A DNA stretch of 31,586 nucleotides, from positions 1-31,586 of the IMG/VR virus record IMGVR_UViG_3300014160_000011; one strand, 5' to 3'. The DNA comes from a virus. Lineage: Duplodnaviria; Caudoviricetes. Shown piece by piece: positions 9,314 through 17,110 of this stretch. The notes below the pieces were generated by a model, which was given only the letters and a program-made list of their open reading frames with translations, ran no database searches and was not told where the DNA came from. The translations under genes and the position numbers were made by a program. Numbering within the stretch: position 1 is the first letter of the stretch; each line of letters begins with the position of its first letter.

Positions 9314-9631
9314 TCAGCCGACCTGCACGATGCGCTTGCTGACCAGGTCGTACCAGCCGTGCCGGCGCGTGACTCCCTTCGATCCGAGGCAGTCGAAGTC
9401 GAAGTATCGCGTCTGCTCGACCGGAGGCTCGCTCTCCACGAAGTAGGGCAGCACCAAGCTATAGCTGTCGCCGAGGTAGCAGCTCCCGTAGACCGCATCG
9501 CACTTGGCGCAGCGGTAGACCTGGGTGAATCCCTGGACCGGGGTGGCGAGGCGATGGCTGCAGGCGGGGCAGCCGGCTCCTTCGGGCCGGCGCGTGCGTC
9601 TCTCGGTGCGTTGTTCGTTCGCGGTGGGCAT
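9314..9631 (-). CDS. Zinc-ribbon-like small protein (105 aa)
   Basis: CPAC...YRCAKC pair; TAGATG coupling with GGAG RBS. Confidence 0.82.
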   Translation of the reverse strand: MPTANEQRTERRTRRPEGAGCPACSHRLATPVQGFTQVYRCAKCDAVYGSCYLGDSYSLVLPYFVESEPPVEQTRYFDFDCLGSKGVTRRHGWYDLVSKRIVQVG

Positions 9632-9832
9632 CTACTTGATCTCCTTTTCGTTGACGCTCGAGGGAGGGGCTGCTACGAGGCCGGCGTGCTGGATGATGGC
9701 GGTCTTCAATACGCCGTATGGCGCGGCCACGAAGCTGAAGGGGCGTTTTCCGTTCTCCAGGAAGAGTCTAGCCGCCTCGGCGTAAGTAATCGGCGCCAGA
9801 TTCGTGGTCTCCGGGGTGTATCTGCTCTGCAT
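9632..9832 (-). CDS. Hypothetical protein (66 aa)
   Basis: Start set at ATG 9832 behind repeat A3 RBS. Confidence 0.72.
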   Translation of the reverse strand: MQSRYTPETTNLAPITYAEAARLFLENGKRPFSFVAAPYGVLKTAIIQHAGLVAAPPSSVNEKEIK

Positions 9833-9838
9833 CGTCGT

Positions 9839-9931
9839 TCTCCTTACGTCACCATTCATCACTCTGCTTACGACCCCCAGCAAGGGGAATCTGCATCGCC
9901 GGCAAAGATAAACCCGATGGTGTGGCGAATG
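9839..9931 (-). promoter_or_regulatory. Repeat A copy 3 (diverged distal box)
   Basis: CATTCGCCACACCATCGGGTTTATCTT...TTG-N21-ATGAATGGTGACGTAAGGAGA-N6-ATG. Confidence 0.8.
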
Positions 9932-9934
9932 CGC

Positions 9935-10186
9935 CTATGCCGGGCGCGTGAGATCGCAGACGATGAAAGGATTGCATTCGCGGATGCAGAGGCAGTAACG
10001 GTCGTAATCGTGCCGAAACTCGGCGGGACGCGTCGCCGGCAGCAGCGTGTCCTTGGTGTCGGCCCAGACCTCGCGGATGAACCCGTAGGCCTGATCGGCG
10101 CTCACGAATTCTCCGAATGCATCCCAGGTCGCGATGGCGGCTTCTCTGGCGGCTTGGTCAATGGCGCTTCTGGTGGCGGCGTTCAT
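9935..10186 (-). CDS. Hypothetical protein (83 aa)
   Basis: TAAGGAG RBS overlapping the upstream stop. Confidence 0.75.
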   Translation of the reverse strand: MNAATRSAIDQAAREAAIATWDAFGEFVSADQAYGFIREVWADTKDTLLPATRPAEFRHDYDRYCLCIRECNPFIVCDLTRPA

Positions 10187-10196
10187 GGCGTGCTCC

Positions 10197-10403
10197 TTAG
10201 CGGGGAACCGATACGATGGTCACTCCGTAGCGGCCTGTTACAATGCCGTACCCAACCGCGTGGTTGCCGGCTGGCAAATCAAACCAGCGCCCGTTCTTGG
10301 CGAGCGTGCCGCCCATCTGTTCGGACAGGCGCGCGAGTTTCCGGATTGCGCTTTGCATCGTCGCTTCGTTCGCTTTCTGCTGGCTGGTTCGTTTGGCCGC
10401 CAT
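10197..10403 (-). CDS. Hypothetical basic protein (68 aa), first gene of the array
   Basis: Start set at ATG 10403 behind repeat A4 RBS. Confidence 0.72.
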   Translation of the reverse strand: MAAKRTSQQKANEATMQSAIRKLARLSEQMGGTLAKNGRWFDLPAGNHAVGYGIVTGRYGVTIVSVPR

Positions 10404-10409
10404 CGTCGT

Positions 10410-10501
10410 TCTCCTTACATGACCATTCATTGATTACAACGCCGCCGAAGGCAAGTCTAATCGCGCGCCGGCCGCAAAATAAACCCGATGAAAAGGCGAT
10501 G
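10410..10501 (-). promoter_or_regulatory. Repeat A copy 4, divergent from the methyltransferase gene
   Basis: CATCGCCTTTTCATCGGGTTTATTTT...TTG-N21-ATGAATGGTCATGTAAGGAGA-N6-ATG. Confidence 0.8.
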
Positions 10502-10518
10502 ACGCCGGGAGGCCTCGC

Positions 10519-11550
10519 GTGGACCTGAGCTATGGCGTGGCCTGCTGCGACTGCCGCGACGCCGGAGCCGTGGCGCGCCTGCTCGACGGGCGCAAGGTCA
10601 ACCTGGCGATTACGTCCCCGCCGTACGCCAGCCAGCGGGCATACGACGAGACCAGCGGCTTCCGGCCAATCCGCCCGGAGGATTATGTCGCCTGGTACAA
10701 GGACGTCGCGGCGGTCGTCGAGCAGATCCTGGCGCCCGATGGCTCCTACCTTCTGAACATCAAGGAGCACGCCGACGAGGGCGAGCGCAGCCTGTACGTC
10801 AAGGACCTGGTGCTCGCGCATAAGCGCCAATGGGGCTGGCGATTCGTGGACGAGTTCTGCTGGCGCAAGACGAGCGATGGCGTGCCGGGCGGCTGGGGAA
10901 ACCGCTTCAAGAATGCGTGGGAGCCAGTCTTCCACTTCTGCCGCCAGCCGGAGATCAAGTTCCGGCCGCACGCGGTCGGTCACATCTCCCAGGATTGTTT
11001 CGACTACTCGCCGGACAATCCGAAGTCGACCTCGGGCAGCGGGCTGCTGGGCACCGGACCGCGGGGCGCGGCCGCCGACCGTGGCAAGAACGGCGAGGCC
11101 TGGCAGCGCAGCCGCCGAAACCTCAGTAAGAGCAGAACCACTGCCGGCCAGCCATCGGAGGGCGGCGGGGACTGGGGACACATGCGCCGCAAGCTCATGG
11201 AGGGCCGCTTCGAGGGCGTGGCGCGGCCGAGCAACGTGATCGAGACTATCGCGGAGACCACCCAGGGATCGCACGCCGCGCCGTTCCCGCGCGCGCTGGT
11301 GGAGTTCTTCATCAAGGCTTTCACCGAGCCTGGGGACGTGGTCTTCGATCCGTTCCTGGGGTCGGGCACCACCATGGCGTCGGCCTTCGCGCTGGGCCGG
11401 TCCGCATTCGGATGCGAGATCTCGCCGGCATACTGCGACGTGATCGTGCGGCGCGTCGAGAACCTTTCGAGCCAGGCCTTCCGGCTGGCCGGCGATGGCA
11501 GGACCTTCGGCCAGGTCGCGGAGACGCGGGGAGTGGCGGTGGCGGCATGA
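10519..11550 (+). CDS. Site-specific DNA methyltransferase (N4-C/N6-A, beta-class motif order)
   Basis: Catalytic TSPPY before SAM-binding DPFLGSGTT; HAAPFP and GCEISPAYCDVIVRR motifs; GGAGG RBS before GTG. Confidence 0.93.
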   Translation: MDLSYGVACCDCRDAGAVARLLDGRKVNLAITSPPYASQRAYDETSGFRPIRPEDYVAWYKDVAAVVEQILAPDGSYLLNIKEHADEGERSLYVKDLVLAHKRQWGWRFVDEFCWRKTSDGVPGGWGNRFKNAWEPVFHFCRQPEIKFRPHAVGHISQDCFDYSPDNPKSTSGSGLLGTGPRGAAADRGKNGEAWQRSRRNLSKSRTTAGQPSEGGGDWGHMRRKLMEGRFEGVARPSNVIETIAETTQGSHAAPFPRALVEFFIKAFTEPGDVVFDPFLGSGTTMASAFALGRSAFGCEISPAYCDVIVRRVENLSSQAFRLAGDGRTFGQVAETRGVAVAA

Positions 11551-12092
11551 TCCTGACCACGAAGCAACTGGCGGACGAGCTGGGCATCAGCGTAAGCCGC
11601 ATCAACGAGATGGGCCGGGAGGGCAAGATCCCCCGCGAAGCCAATGGGCGGTGGGACCTGGCGAAAGTGCGCGCATCCGTCGAGGGCAATCTGGACACGC
11701 ACAAGGCCAGCCCGGCGCGCGGCGATCCGCCGCCGGCATCGCGCGGCATGGGCCCCGGCATGGGCGCAGCGCAGTTTACGCAGCAGCCGCGGCCTCCGGA
11801 ACGGGGCACGATGGCCTATGCGCAGTTGCAACACGAACTGGCGAAGGCCACCAAGGCGGCGCTCGAGGCGCAGCGCATGGAGGGGAAGCTGATCGACCGG
11901 CAGCTGGTCCAGGCGGAGTGGACCGGCATCGCCGCGAGCATTCGCAGCGCAGTCCTGGCGATCCCGATGCGAGTCCTGAACCGGCTGCCGGCGGAAGACC
12001 GCCGCCGCGTGCTGCCGGTTATCGAAGAAGAGTGCCGCGCCGCGCTGAGCGCCTTGAGCGATGAGATCCGCAACGATTCAAAGGCTGCATGA
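11547..12092 (+). CDS. terS: Terminase small subunit (Nu1-like, N-terminal HTH; 181 aa)
   Basis: ATGA overlap with the methylase stop; TKQLADELGISVSRINEM HTH; C-terminal helical region (EGKLIDRQLV); immediately before large terminase. Confidence 0.8.
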   Translation: MILTTKQLADELGISVSRINEMGREGKIPREANGRWDLAKVRASVEGNLDTHKASPARGDPPPASRGMGPGMGAAQFTQQPRPPERGTMAYAQLQHELAKATKAALEAQRMEGKLIDRQLVQAEWTGIAASIRSAVLAIPMRVLNRLPAEDRRRVLPVIEEECRAALSALSDEIRNDSKAA

Positions 12093-14028
12093 TGACGTCG
12101 CAGACGTGCTCGTTCCTCCTCCGGCGCTGTTGCTCTCGGATTGGGCGCGGCAGCACTTCACCCTAAGCTCAGATTACTCGGGGACCACCGGAAAGTTCCA
12201 ACCGTATCCGTACCAGATCGAGCCGCTCAACGTTCTTAGCCCCTCGCACCCTTGCGAAACGATGTGCCTCATGTGCGCAGCGCAGATGACAAAGACGATT
12301 CTACTGATGATCCTGTTGGCGTACGTCATCGACGCCGAGCCAGGTCCGGTGCTGATCGTCCAGCCGAATGAGCAGGACGCCAAGACGTTCTCCGCCGAGC
12401 GCGTGGGGCCCATGCTGCGCGACGTGCCGTGCCTCCAGGGAAAGGTCCACGAAGCCAAGTCGCGGGACGCCGGCAACACGATCCTGCAGAAGCGCTTTGC
12501 AGGAGGCAGCGTGGCGCTCACTGGCGCCGTTTCGCCGCGCGGCCTGCGCCGCCGGTCGGTGCGGTACCTGCTGCTCGACGAAATCGACGGGTACGAAGAG
12601 ACGAGCGACGGCGACCCGATCGCGCTCGCGGCCGCCCGCACCAGCAAGTTCTGGAACCGCAAGATCATCAAATGCTCGACGCCCACGGTCGAGGGCCACA
12701 GCCGCATCGCCGCGGCGTTCGAACTTTCCGACCAGCGCGTCTACTTCGTGCCCTGCCCGCTATGCGGCGAGTTCCAGACGCTCGAGTGGGGTAACGTCCG
12801 CTGGGGCGACGTGGACGGCCAGCACATACCGCCTGAGCAAGCGGTCTACCGCTGCGCCGGCTGCGAGGGGCTGATCCCGCACCACCGCAAGCTCGACATG
12901 CTGCGGGCCGGCGAGTGGCGGTCCACCAATCCCAATGGCAAGTATCCCGGCTTCCGGATCTCGCGGCTGTATTCCCCGGACTGGTCCTGGGGCCAAGTCG
13001 TCACGGATCCGGACGAAGGATGGCTCGCGGCGCAAGGCAAGCCGGAGCGGCTCAAGGTCTTCGCCAACAACATGCTGTCGGAAACCTGGCGCGAAGCCGG
13101 CGAGTCCCCGCCCGATTATGAGAAGCTTATGGCGCGCACTGAGGAATACTACCTCGGCCAGGCGCCCGCTGGCGCGCTGTTCCTGACAGCCGGCGTGGAC
13201 GTCCAGAAGACCTGGATTGAGGGGTACGTATGGGGCTGGGGCCGCCAGCGCAACCGTTGGGTGGTCGATTGGTTCCGCATCGAGCAGTCGCCCTTCGAAG
13301 CCGCCGCATGGGAGGCGCTGGAGGAGAGGCTGCTGAAGGTTTACCGCCACCCGAAGGGCGCGGACCTTCCCATTGTGCGGATGTGCATCGACTCGGGCTT
13401 CGCCGGCAACGAGGTGTACGCCTTCGCGCGCCGGCACCGGGCGGGCGGCCGCGTGATGGCTGTCGACGGCAGGTCGAGCGGCAGGGCCATTGTCGATCCT
13501 CCGAGCCTGGTCGACCTGACCATCGGCGGGCGCAAGATCAAGCGGGGCTGCAAGCTGTGGCCGGTGAACGTGTCGATGTGCAAGGAGGAACTCTATTCGC
13601 AGCTCAACCGCGAGCGACCGGCGGCAGACAAGCCGTGGCCACCCGGGTGGGTGCACTTCGCCGCGGACCTGCCGGACGAGTTTTATCGCCAGCTCACATC
13701 GGAAGAACGCCGCTTGTCGATTCGCAGAGGCGGCGTCCGCAAGATGCAGTGGGAAGGCATCGAGAACCGCCGGCATGAAAGCCTGGACTGCGCCAACTAT
13801 GCGCGCGCCGGCGCATTCTCCGTGGGCATCGACCGGTTCGAGGAGGAGCACTGGGCGCACTTCGAATCCATGCTCAACATCAAGACCACCGCGGCAGCGC
13901 CGCCGACGCCGGCAGCGGCCGCGCCGCCTCCCGAACCACAGCAGCCCCAGGCGGCAGCAGAGCAGCCGCGCCCGCAGCAGCAACCGCATTACATAGGGCG
14001 GTTTGACGTCACGAACTGGTTGAGGTAA
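12061..14028 (+). CDS. terL: Terminase large subunit, lambda GpA family
   Basis: PYQ motif, AQMTKT Walker A variant, LLLDEID Walker B, STPT, VPCPLCG...YRCAGC, TAGVDVQ, CIDSG, HESLDCANYA. Confidence 0.96.
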   Translation: MRSATIQRLHDDVADVLVPPPALLLSDWARQHFTLSSDYSGTTGKFQPYPYQIEPLNVLSPSHPCETMCLMCAAQMTKTILLMILLAYVIDAEPGPVLIVQPNEQDAKTFSAERVGPMLRDVPCLQGKVHEAKSRDAGNTILQKRFAGGSVALTGAVSPRGLRRRSVRYLLLDEIDGYEETSDGDPIALAAARTSKFWNRKIIKCSTPTVEGHSRIAAAFELSDQRVYFVPCPLCGEFQTLEWGNVRWGDVDGQHIPPEQAVYRCAGCEGLIPHHRKLDMLRAGEWRSTNPNGKYPGFRISRLYSPDWSWGQVVTDPDEGWLAAQGKPERLKVFANNMLSETWREAGESPPDYEKLMARTEEYYLGQAPAGALFLTAGVDVQKTWIEGYVWGWGRQRNRWVVDWFRIEQSPFEAAAWEALEERLLKVYRHPKGADLPIVRMCIDSGFAGNEVYAFARRHRAGGRVMAVDGRSSGRAIVDPPSLVDLTIGGRKIKRGCKLWPVNVSMCKEELYSQLNRERPAADKPWPPGWVHFAADLPDEFYRQLTSEERRLSIRRGGVRKMQWEGIENRRHESLDCANYARAGAFSVGIDRFEEEHWAHFESMLNIKTTAAAPPTPAAAAPPPEPQQPQAAAEQPRPQQQPHYIGRFDVTNWLR

Positions 14029-14034
14029 CCCGCG

Positions 14035-14313
14035 ATGAGTCCGCAAGGTCCGACACTGGCGCAGTTGCAAGCAGACCTCGCCGCCATTAACGCGGCGCTG
14101 GCCGATCCCGTCTTGCGATGCCACTATCCCGATGGGCGCGACGTGACATTCCGCAGCACGCAGGAGTTGCTTCTGGCGAAGGCGGACAAAGAGGATGAGA
14201 TCCGATGCTTCGGCGGTGCGCGCGCCAGCAAGTCGACGCTCGCCGAGCATCGCCGCGGCGACGGACCGTACGGACCCGGGTTCCCCGGACCTCCCGGTTG
14301 GGGGTGGTGGTAG
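14035..14313 (+). CDS. Head-tail joining protein, gpW-like
   Basis: Position between terminase and portal; helix-DGRDVTFRS-helix pattern. Confidence 0.75.
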   Translation: MSPQGPTLAQLQADLAAINAALADPVLRCHYPDGRDVTFRSTQELLLAKADKEDEIRCFGGARASKSTLAEHRRGDGPYGPGFPGPPGWGWW

Positions 14314-14523
14314 ATGACCATCGATCCTGCGGTCATCAAGTGCGATTGCGGCTGGCCGGTCACGGTGCTCGACCGCAGCAAGGGCACATTTACGTGCGTG
14401 AACCGCGCGTGCAAGAACGTAGGCAAGGTCTTCCGGGCAAAGGGACTGGGCGTCCGCGTGGAGCGAGTGCTGCAGCCGGCCTGGAAGCCGGGCATGCCGG
14501 AATCCCACGGCCACACGATATGA
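14314..14523 (+). CDS. Small Cys-rich (zinc-ribbon-like) hypothetical protein
   Basis: CDCG...TCVNRAC; coupled upstream (TAGATG) and downstream (ATGA). Confidence 0.65.
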   Translation: MTIDPAVIKCDCGWPVTVLDRSKGTFTCVNRACKNVGKVFRAKGLGVRVERVLQPAWKPGMPESHGHTI

Positions 14524-16262
14524 ACTTCCTGGACCGCGCTATCGGCACGGTGGCTCCGAGATTCGCATTGAAGCGGGAGATTGCGCGGGCGACCCTTGAG
14601 CTTGCTCGTCCGCTCCTGAAGCGCCAGAGCGAACAGTTATCTTACGAGGGCGCGTCGGCTGGCCGGCGGACCGCGGGCTGGTATGCCCCGGCGACCGACG
14701 CAAACGTCGAGTTGATGGGGTCGCTCGTCTGGCTGCGCAGCAGAAGCCGCGAGCTGATGCGAAACAATCCGTACGCGAACAAGGCGGTTGAGGAACTGGT
14801 GGGCAACGCCGTCGGCACCGGCATCGTTCCCCAGGCGAAGACCGGCCAGGTGAGTCTCGACAAGGTGATCGACGCCGAGTGGCCATTCTTCGTCGAGGCT
14901 TGCGACACGCCGCAACGCCTGGACTTCTATGGGATGCAGGCGCTCAACCTGCGGTCGATGGCGGAGAGCGGCGAGTCACTCGTGCGCTTCCGGCCGCGCC
15001 TGGCGCAGGATAACTTGCGCGTCCCGCTGCAACTCCAATTACTCGAATCGGACTTCCTGGACCACGCGCGCACCATGGGCACGGTCAACGGCCACGTGAT
15101 GCAGGGCGTGCAGTTCGACATGCTGGGCCGGCGCGTGGCGTATTGGATTTACACCTACCACCCGGGCGGCGTGCTGATCCTCAATCCGCGCGGCGGCATC
15201 ATCAGCGTGCCGGTGCCGGCGGACCAGATCCTGCACAGCTATCGGGTACTCCGGCCCGGCCAGGTGCGCGGCGTGCCATGGCTTGCGCCGGTGATGCTGG
15301 CAATGCGCGACCTCGACGATTACGCCGACGCCGAACGCCTGCGCAAGAAGATCGAGGCGTGCATCGTCGGCCTCATTACGCAGCCGGAGGGCGCCGACGG
15401 ATCGCTGCTCGGGTTCCCCACGAACGACCCGCTGACCAGGCGCCCGGTGGAGCAATTCCAGCCGGGGATGTACTCCTACCTCAAGCCCGGCGAAGACGTC
15501 AAGTTCAACACGCCCACCCCGATCAGCGGATACCGCGAGTACAAGACCACCGAGCTTGAGCAGATCGCGGCGGGCATCGGCCTTCCGTACGAGTTGATGA
15601 CCGGCGACATGAGCAAGGTGAACTTCTCCTCCTGGCGCGGCGGCATGCTCGGGTTCCGCAACACCATCGAAAACTACCGGTGGCTAACCCTGATTCCGAT
15701 GTTTTGCATGCCGGTCCGCCGTCGTTTCATCGACACGTTGTTGCTGCTCGGGAAGATTCCCGCGAGCGCGGCCGCGAGCGATTCCGTTAACCTCTACGGA
15801 ACGCAATGGACCGCGCCCCGCTTTGAGTCCGTCGACCCGGTAAAGGACGCGGAGGCGGCGCTTAAGGATATCCGCATGGGCCGCATGACCTGGTTCGAGG
15901 CCGTGCTCGCGAACGGCTTCGATCCCAACCTGCAGCTTCAGCAGATCGCGCTCTTCAACAAGCTGCTCGACAAATACGAAATCATTCTCGACTGCGATCC
16001 GCGCAACACCACGCTGCGCGGCCAGGAGCAGCCGGCGGCCACCGAGGAGCGCACGCCGACCAGCAAGGCTGCCCCGGCGGCGGGCACGGGACCTGCGCCG
16101 GCGCCCGCCAGGCCGAAGGGCAAGGCGGCCAAGGCTGCGGCGGCGGCGTTTCTGTCGGATGAGGATCTCGGCATGGTGCGCGAGCTGCTGCTGGCGGGCG
16201 GCGAGGCGCGCGCGAGCGCGGTGCGCGGATGGGCCGACTGTACCAGGAGCTATCTGACCTAA
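14520..16262 (+). CDS. Portal protein, lambda family (580 aa)
   Basis: Start reassigned to ATG 14520; YEGAS.GRR, LRSRSRELMRNNPYA, RPGQVRGVPWLAP, YELMTGDMSKVNFSS, VDPVKD motifs. Confidence 0.96.
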   Translation: MNFLDRAIGTVAPRFALKREIARATLELARPLLKRQSEQLSYEGASAGRRTAGWYAPATDANVELMGSLVWLRSRSRELMRNNPYANKAVEELVGNAVGTGIVPQAKTGQVSLDKVIDAEWPFFVEACDTPQRLDFYGMQALNLRSMAESGESLVRFRPRLAQDNLRVPLQLQLLESDFLDHARTMGTVNGHVMQGVQFDMLGRRVAYWIYTYHPGGVLILNPRGGIISVPVPADQILHSYRVLRPGQVRGVPWLAPVMLAMRDLDDYADAERLRKKIEACIVGLITQPEGADGSLLGFPTNDPLTRRPVEQFQPGMYSYLKPGEDVKFNTPTPISGYREYKTTELEQIAAGIGLPYELMTGDMSKVNFSSWRGGMLGFRNTIENYRWLTLIPMFCMPVRRRFIDTLLLLGKIPASAAASDSVNLYGTQWTAPRFESVDPVKDAEAALKDIRMGRMTWFEAVLANGFDPNLQLQQIALFNKLLDKYEIILDCDPRNTTLRGQEQPAATEERTPTSKAAPAAGTGPAPAPARPKGKAAKAAAAAFLSDEDLGMVRELLLAGGEARASAVRGWADCTRSYLT

Positions 16263-16276
16263 AGGGATAGACGGAC

Positions 16277-16390
16277 ATGCTCGATTTCTGGCGCACCTAC
16301 AAGCCGATCATCGTGGCGGCGCTTCTCGCTCTTGCGGTAACGGGGTTGTTGGTTTGGTACGACCCAACGCTGCTTCGCCCGTACCGATGA
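16277..16390 (+). CDS. Small single-pass membrane peptide (37 aa, MLDFWRTYKPIIVAALLALAVTGLLVWYDPTLLRPYR)
   Basis: Translated by hand; below the ORF-track cutoff; clear hydrophobic helix; fills the portal-protease gap. Confidence 0.5.
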   Translation: MLDFWRTYKPIIVAALLALAVTGLLVWYDPTLLRPYR

Positions 16391-16471
16391 AACGATATCC
16401 CGAAACCGAGAAGCTATCGACCGGAAGGGAACGCGACCCGAAATCTTCTGCGCAGGGAGGGCAACAACCCA

Positions 16472-17110
16472 ATGGAACCGATGAACGTGGACACTACGGG
16501 CGCCGGAGGCACTCCGCCCATCGCAACGGTAATCATTCAGACGACGACCAGCGCCACCGCAGGCGCGGCGCCGCCCGCGGCGAGTCCGCCCCGCACCGAA
16601 GTGTTCGCGTCCGCGGCCGACGATGAAATCTCGTTCGTCCCACAGACGCTCGATGCCAAGGCGCGCACCGTCGACGTGGTCTGGTACGGCGGCATGACCG
16701 TGCCCAGGGTCGATCAGGACACCGGCGACCCCTACATGCTGCGCCTCAACATGGCCGGCTGCCGCATGGAGCGCCTGAACGCGGGCGCGCCCTTCTTCGA
16801 CTGCCACATGAGCGGTCTCGATTTTAAATCTTACATGGCCAACCAGGCGGGCGCGAAGGCGCAGCGGGGATCGGTCGTGAAGGCGTGGGCCGATGGCGCA
16901 AAAGGCATGGCCACCGTGCAATTCGGAGTCGAGGGAGAGAACGCAGATACCGATCAACTCTGGTCCGGCATCGCATCGGGCCGGGTTCGCAATCTCTCTT
17001 TCGGAACATACGTGTACAGCAAGAAACCGGTAACCGACGTCCAGGGAAACGGCACCATGGCTCCCCACCCGAGCGGAAGCCAGGCGCCAGTATTCGAAGC
17101 CACAGATTGA
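16472..17110 (+). CDS. Prohead protease domain, apparently C-terminally truncated
   Basis: RTVDVVWYGG, RLNAGAPFFDCH, GSVVKAW, GRVRNLSFG motifs; ends at VFEATD before the expected WEPxExSxV strand. Confidence 0.8.
   Translation: MEPMNVDTTGAGGTPPIATVIIQTTTSATAGAAPPAASPPRTEVFASAADDEISFVPQTLDAKARTVDVVWYGGMTVPRVDQDTGDPYMLRLNMAGCRMERLNAGAPFFDCHMSGLDFKSYMANQAGAKAQRGSVVKAWADGAKGMATVQFGVEGENADTDQLWSGIASGRVRNLSFGTYVYSKKPVTDVQGNGTMAPHPSGSQAPVFEATD

Larger units (their letters stand above)
6047..10528 (+). other. Uninterrupted 1493-codon ORF antisense to the whole small-gene array; protein function doubtful
   Basis: No in-frame stop for 4482 nt; GTG overlaps TGA of upstream gene (GTGA); its stop lies 10 nt inside the methyltransferase gene; translation looks like shadow sequence. 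Confidence 0.3.

Noticed and set aside
7085-10501. CRISPR array interpretation of the repeats
   Set aside because: Repeats are 44-93 bp, hundreds to over a thousand bp apart, separated by whole genes; no cas genes
6047-10528. 1493 aa ORF as a conventional folded protein
   Set aside because: Composition is typical shadow translation, its repeated peptides (KINPM, SFTSASPP) derive from regulatory repeats, and the minus strand carries recognisable genes with RBSs; retained only as a possible translated non-functional frame
12268-12300. Inactive terminase because Walker A reads AQMTKT instead of GKT
   Set aside because: Lys-Thr and all other motifs are intact, and GpA-family Walker A is known to be deviant; insufficient evidence
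12760-14514. 584 aa minus-strand ORF
   Set aside because: Codon-aligned shadow of terminase, gpW-like and the next gene; serves as a background example of long antisense ORFs at this GC content
14205-14519. Extended portal N-terminus from the ORF track
   Set aside because: Overlaps two plausible upstream genes; ATG 14520 (ATGA coupling) gives a typical portal start
16885-17109. Extended capsid N-terminus from the ORF track
   Set aside because: Arg-rich off-frame reading of the protease gene
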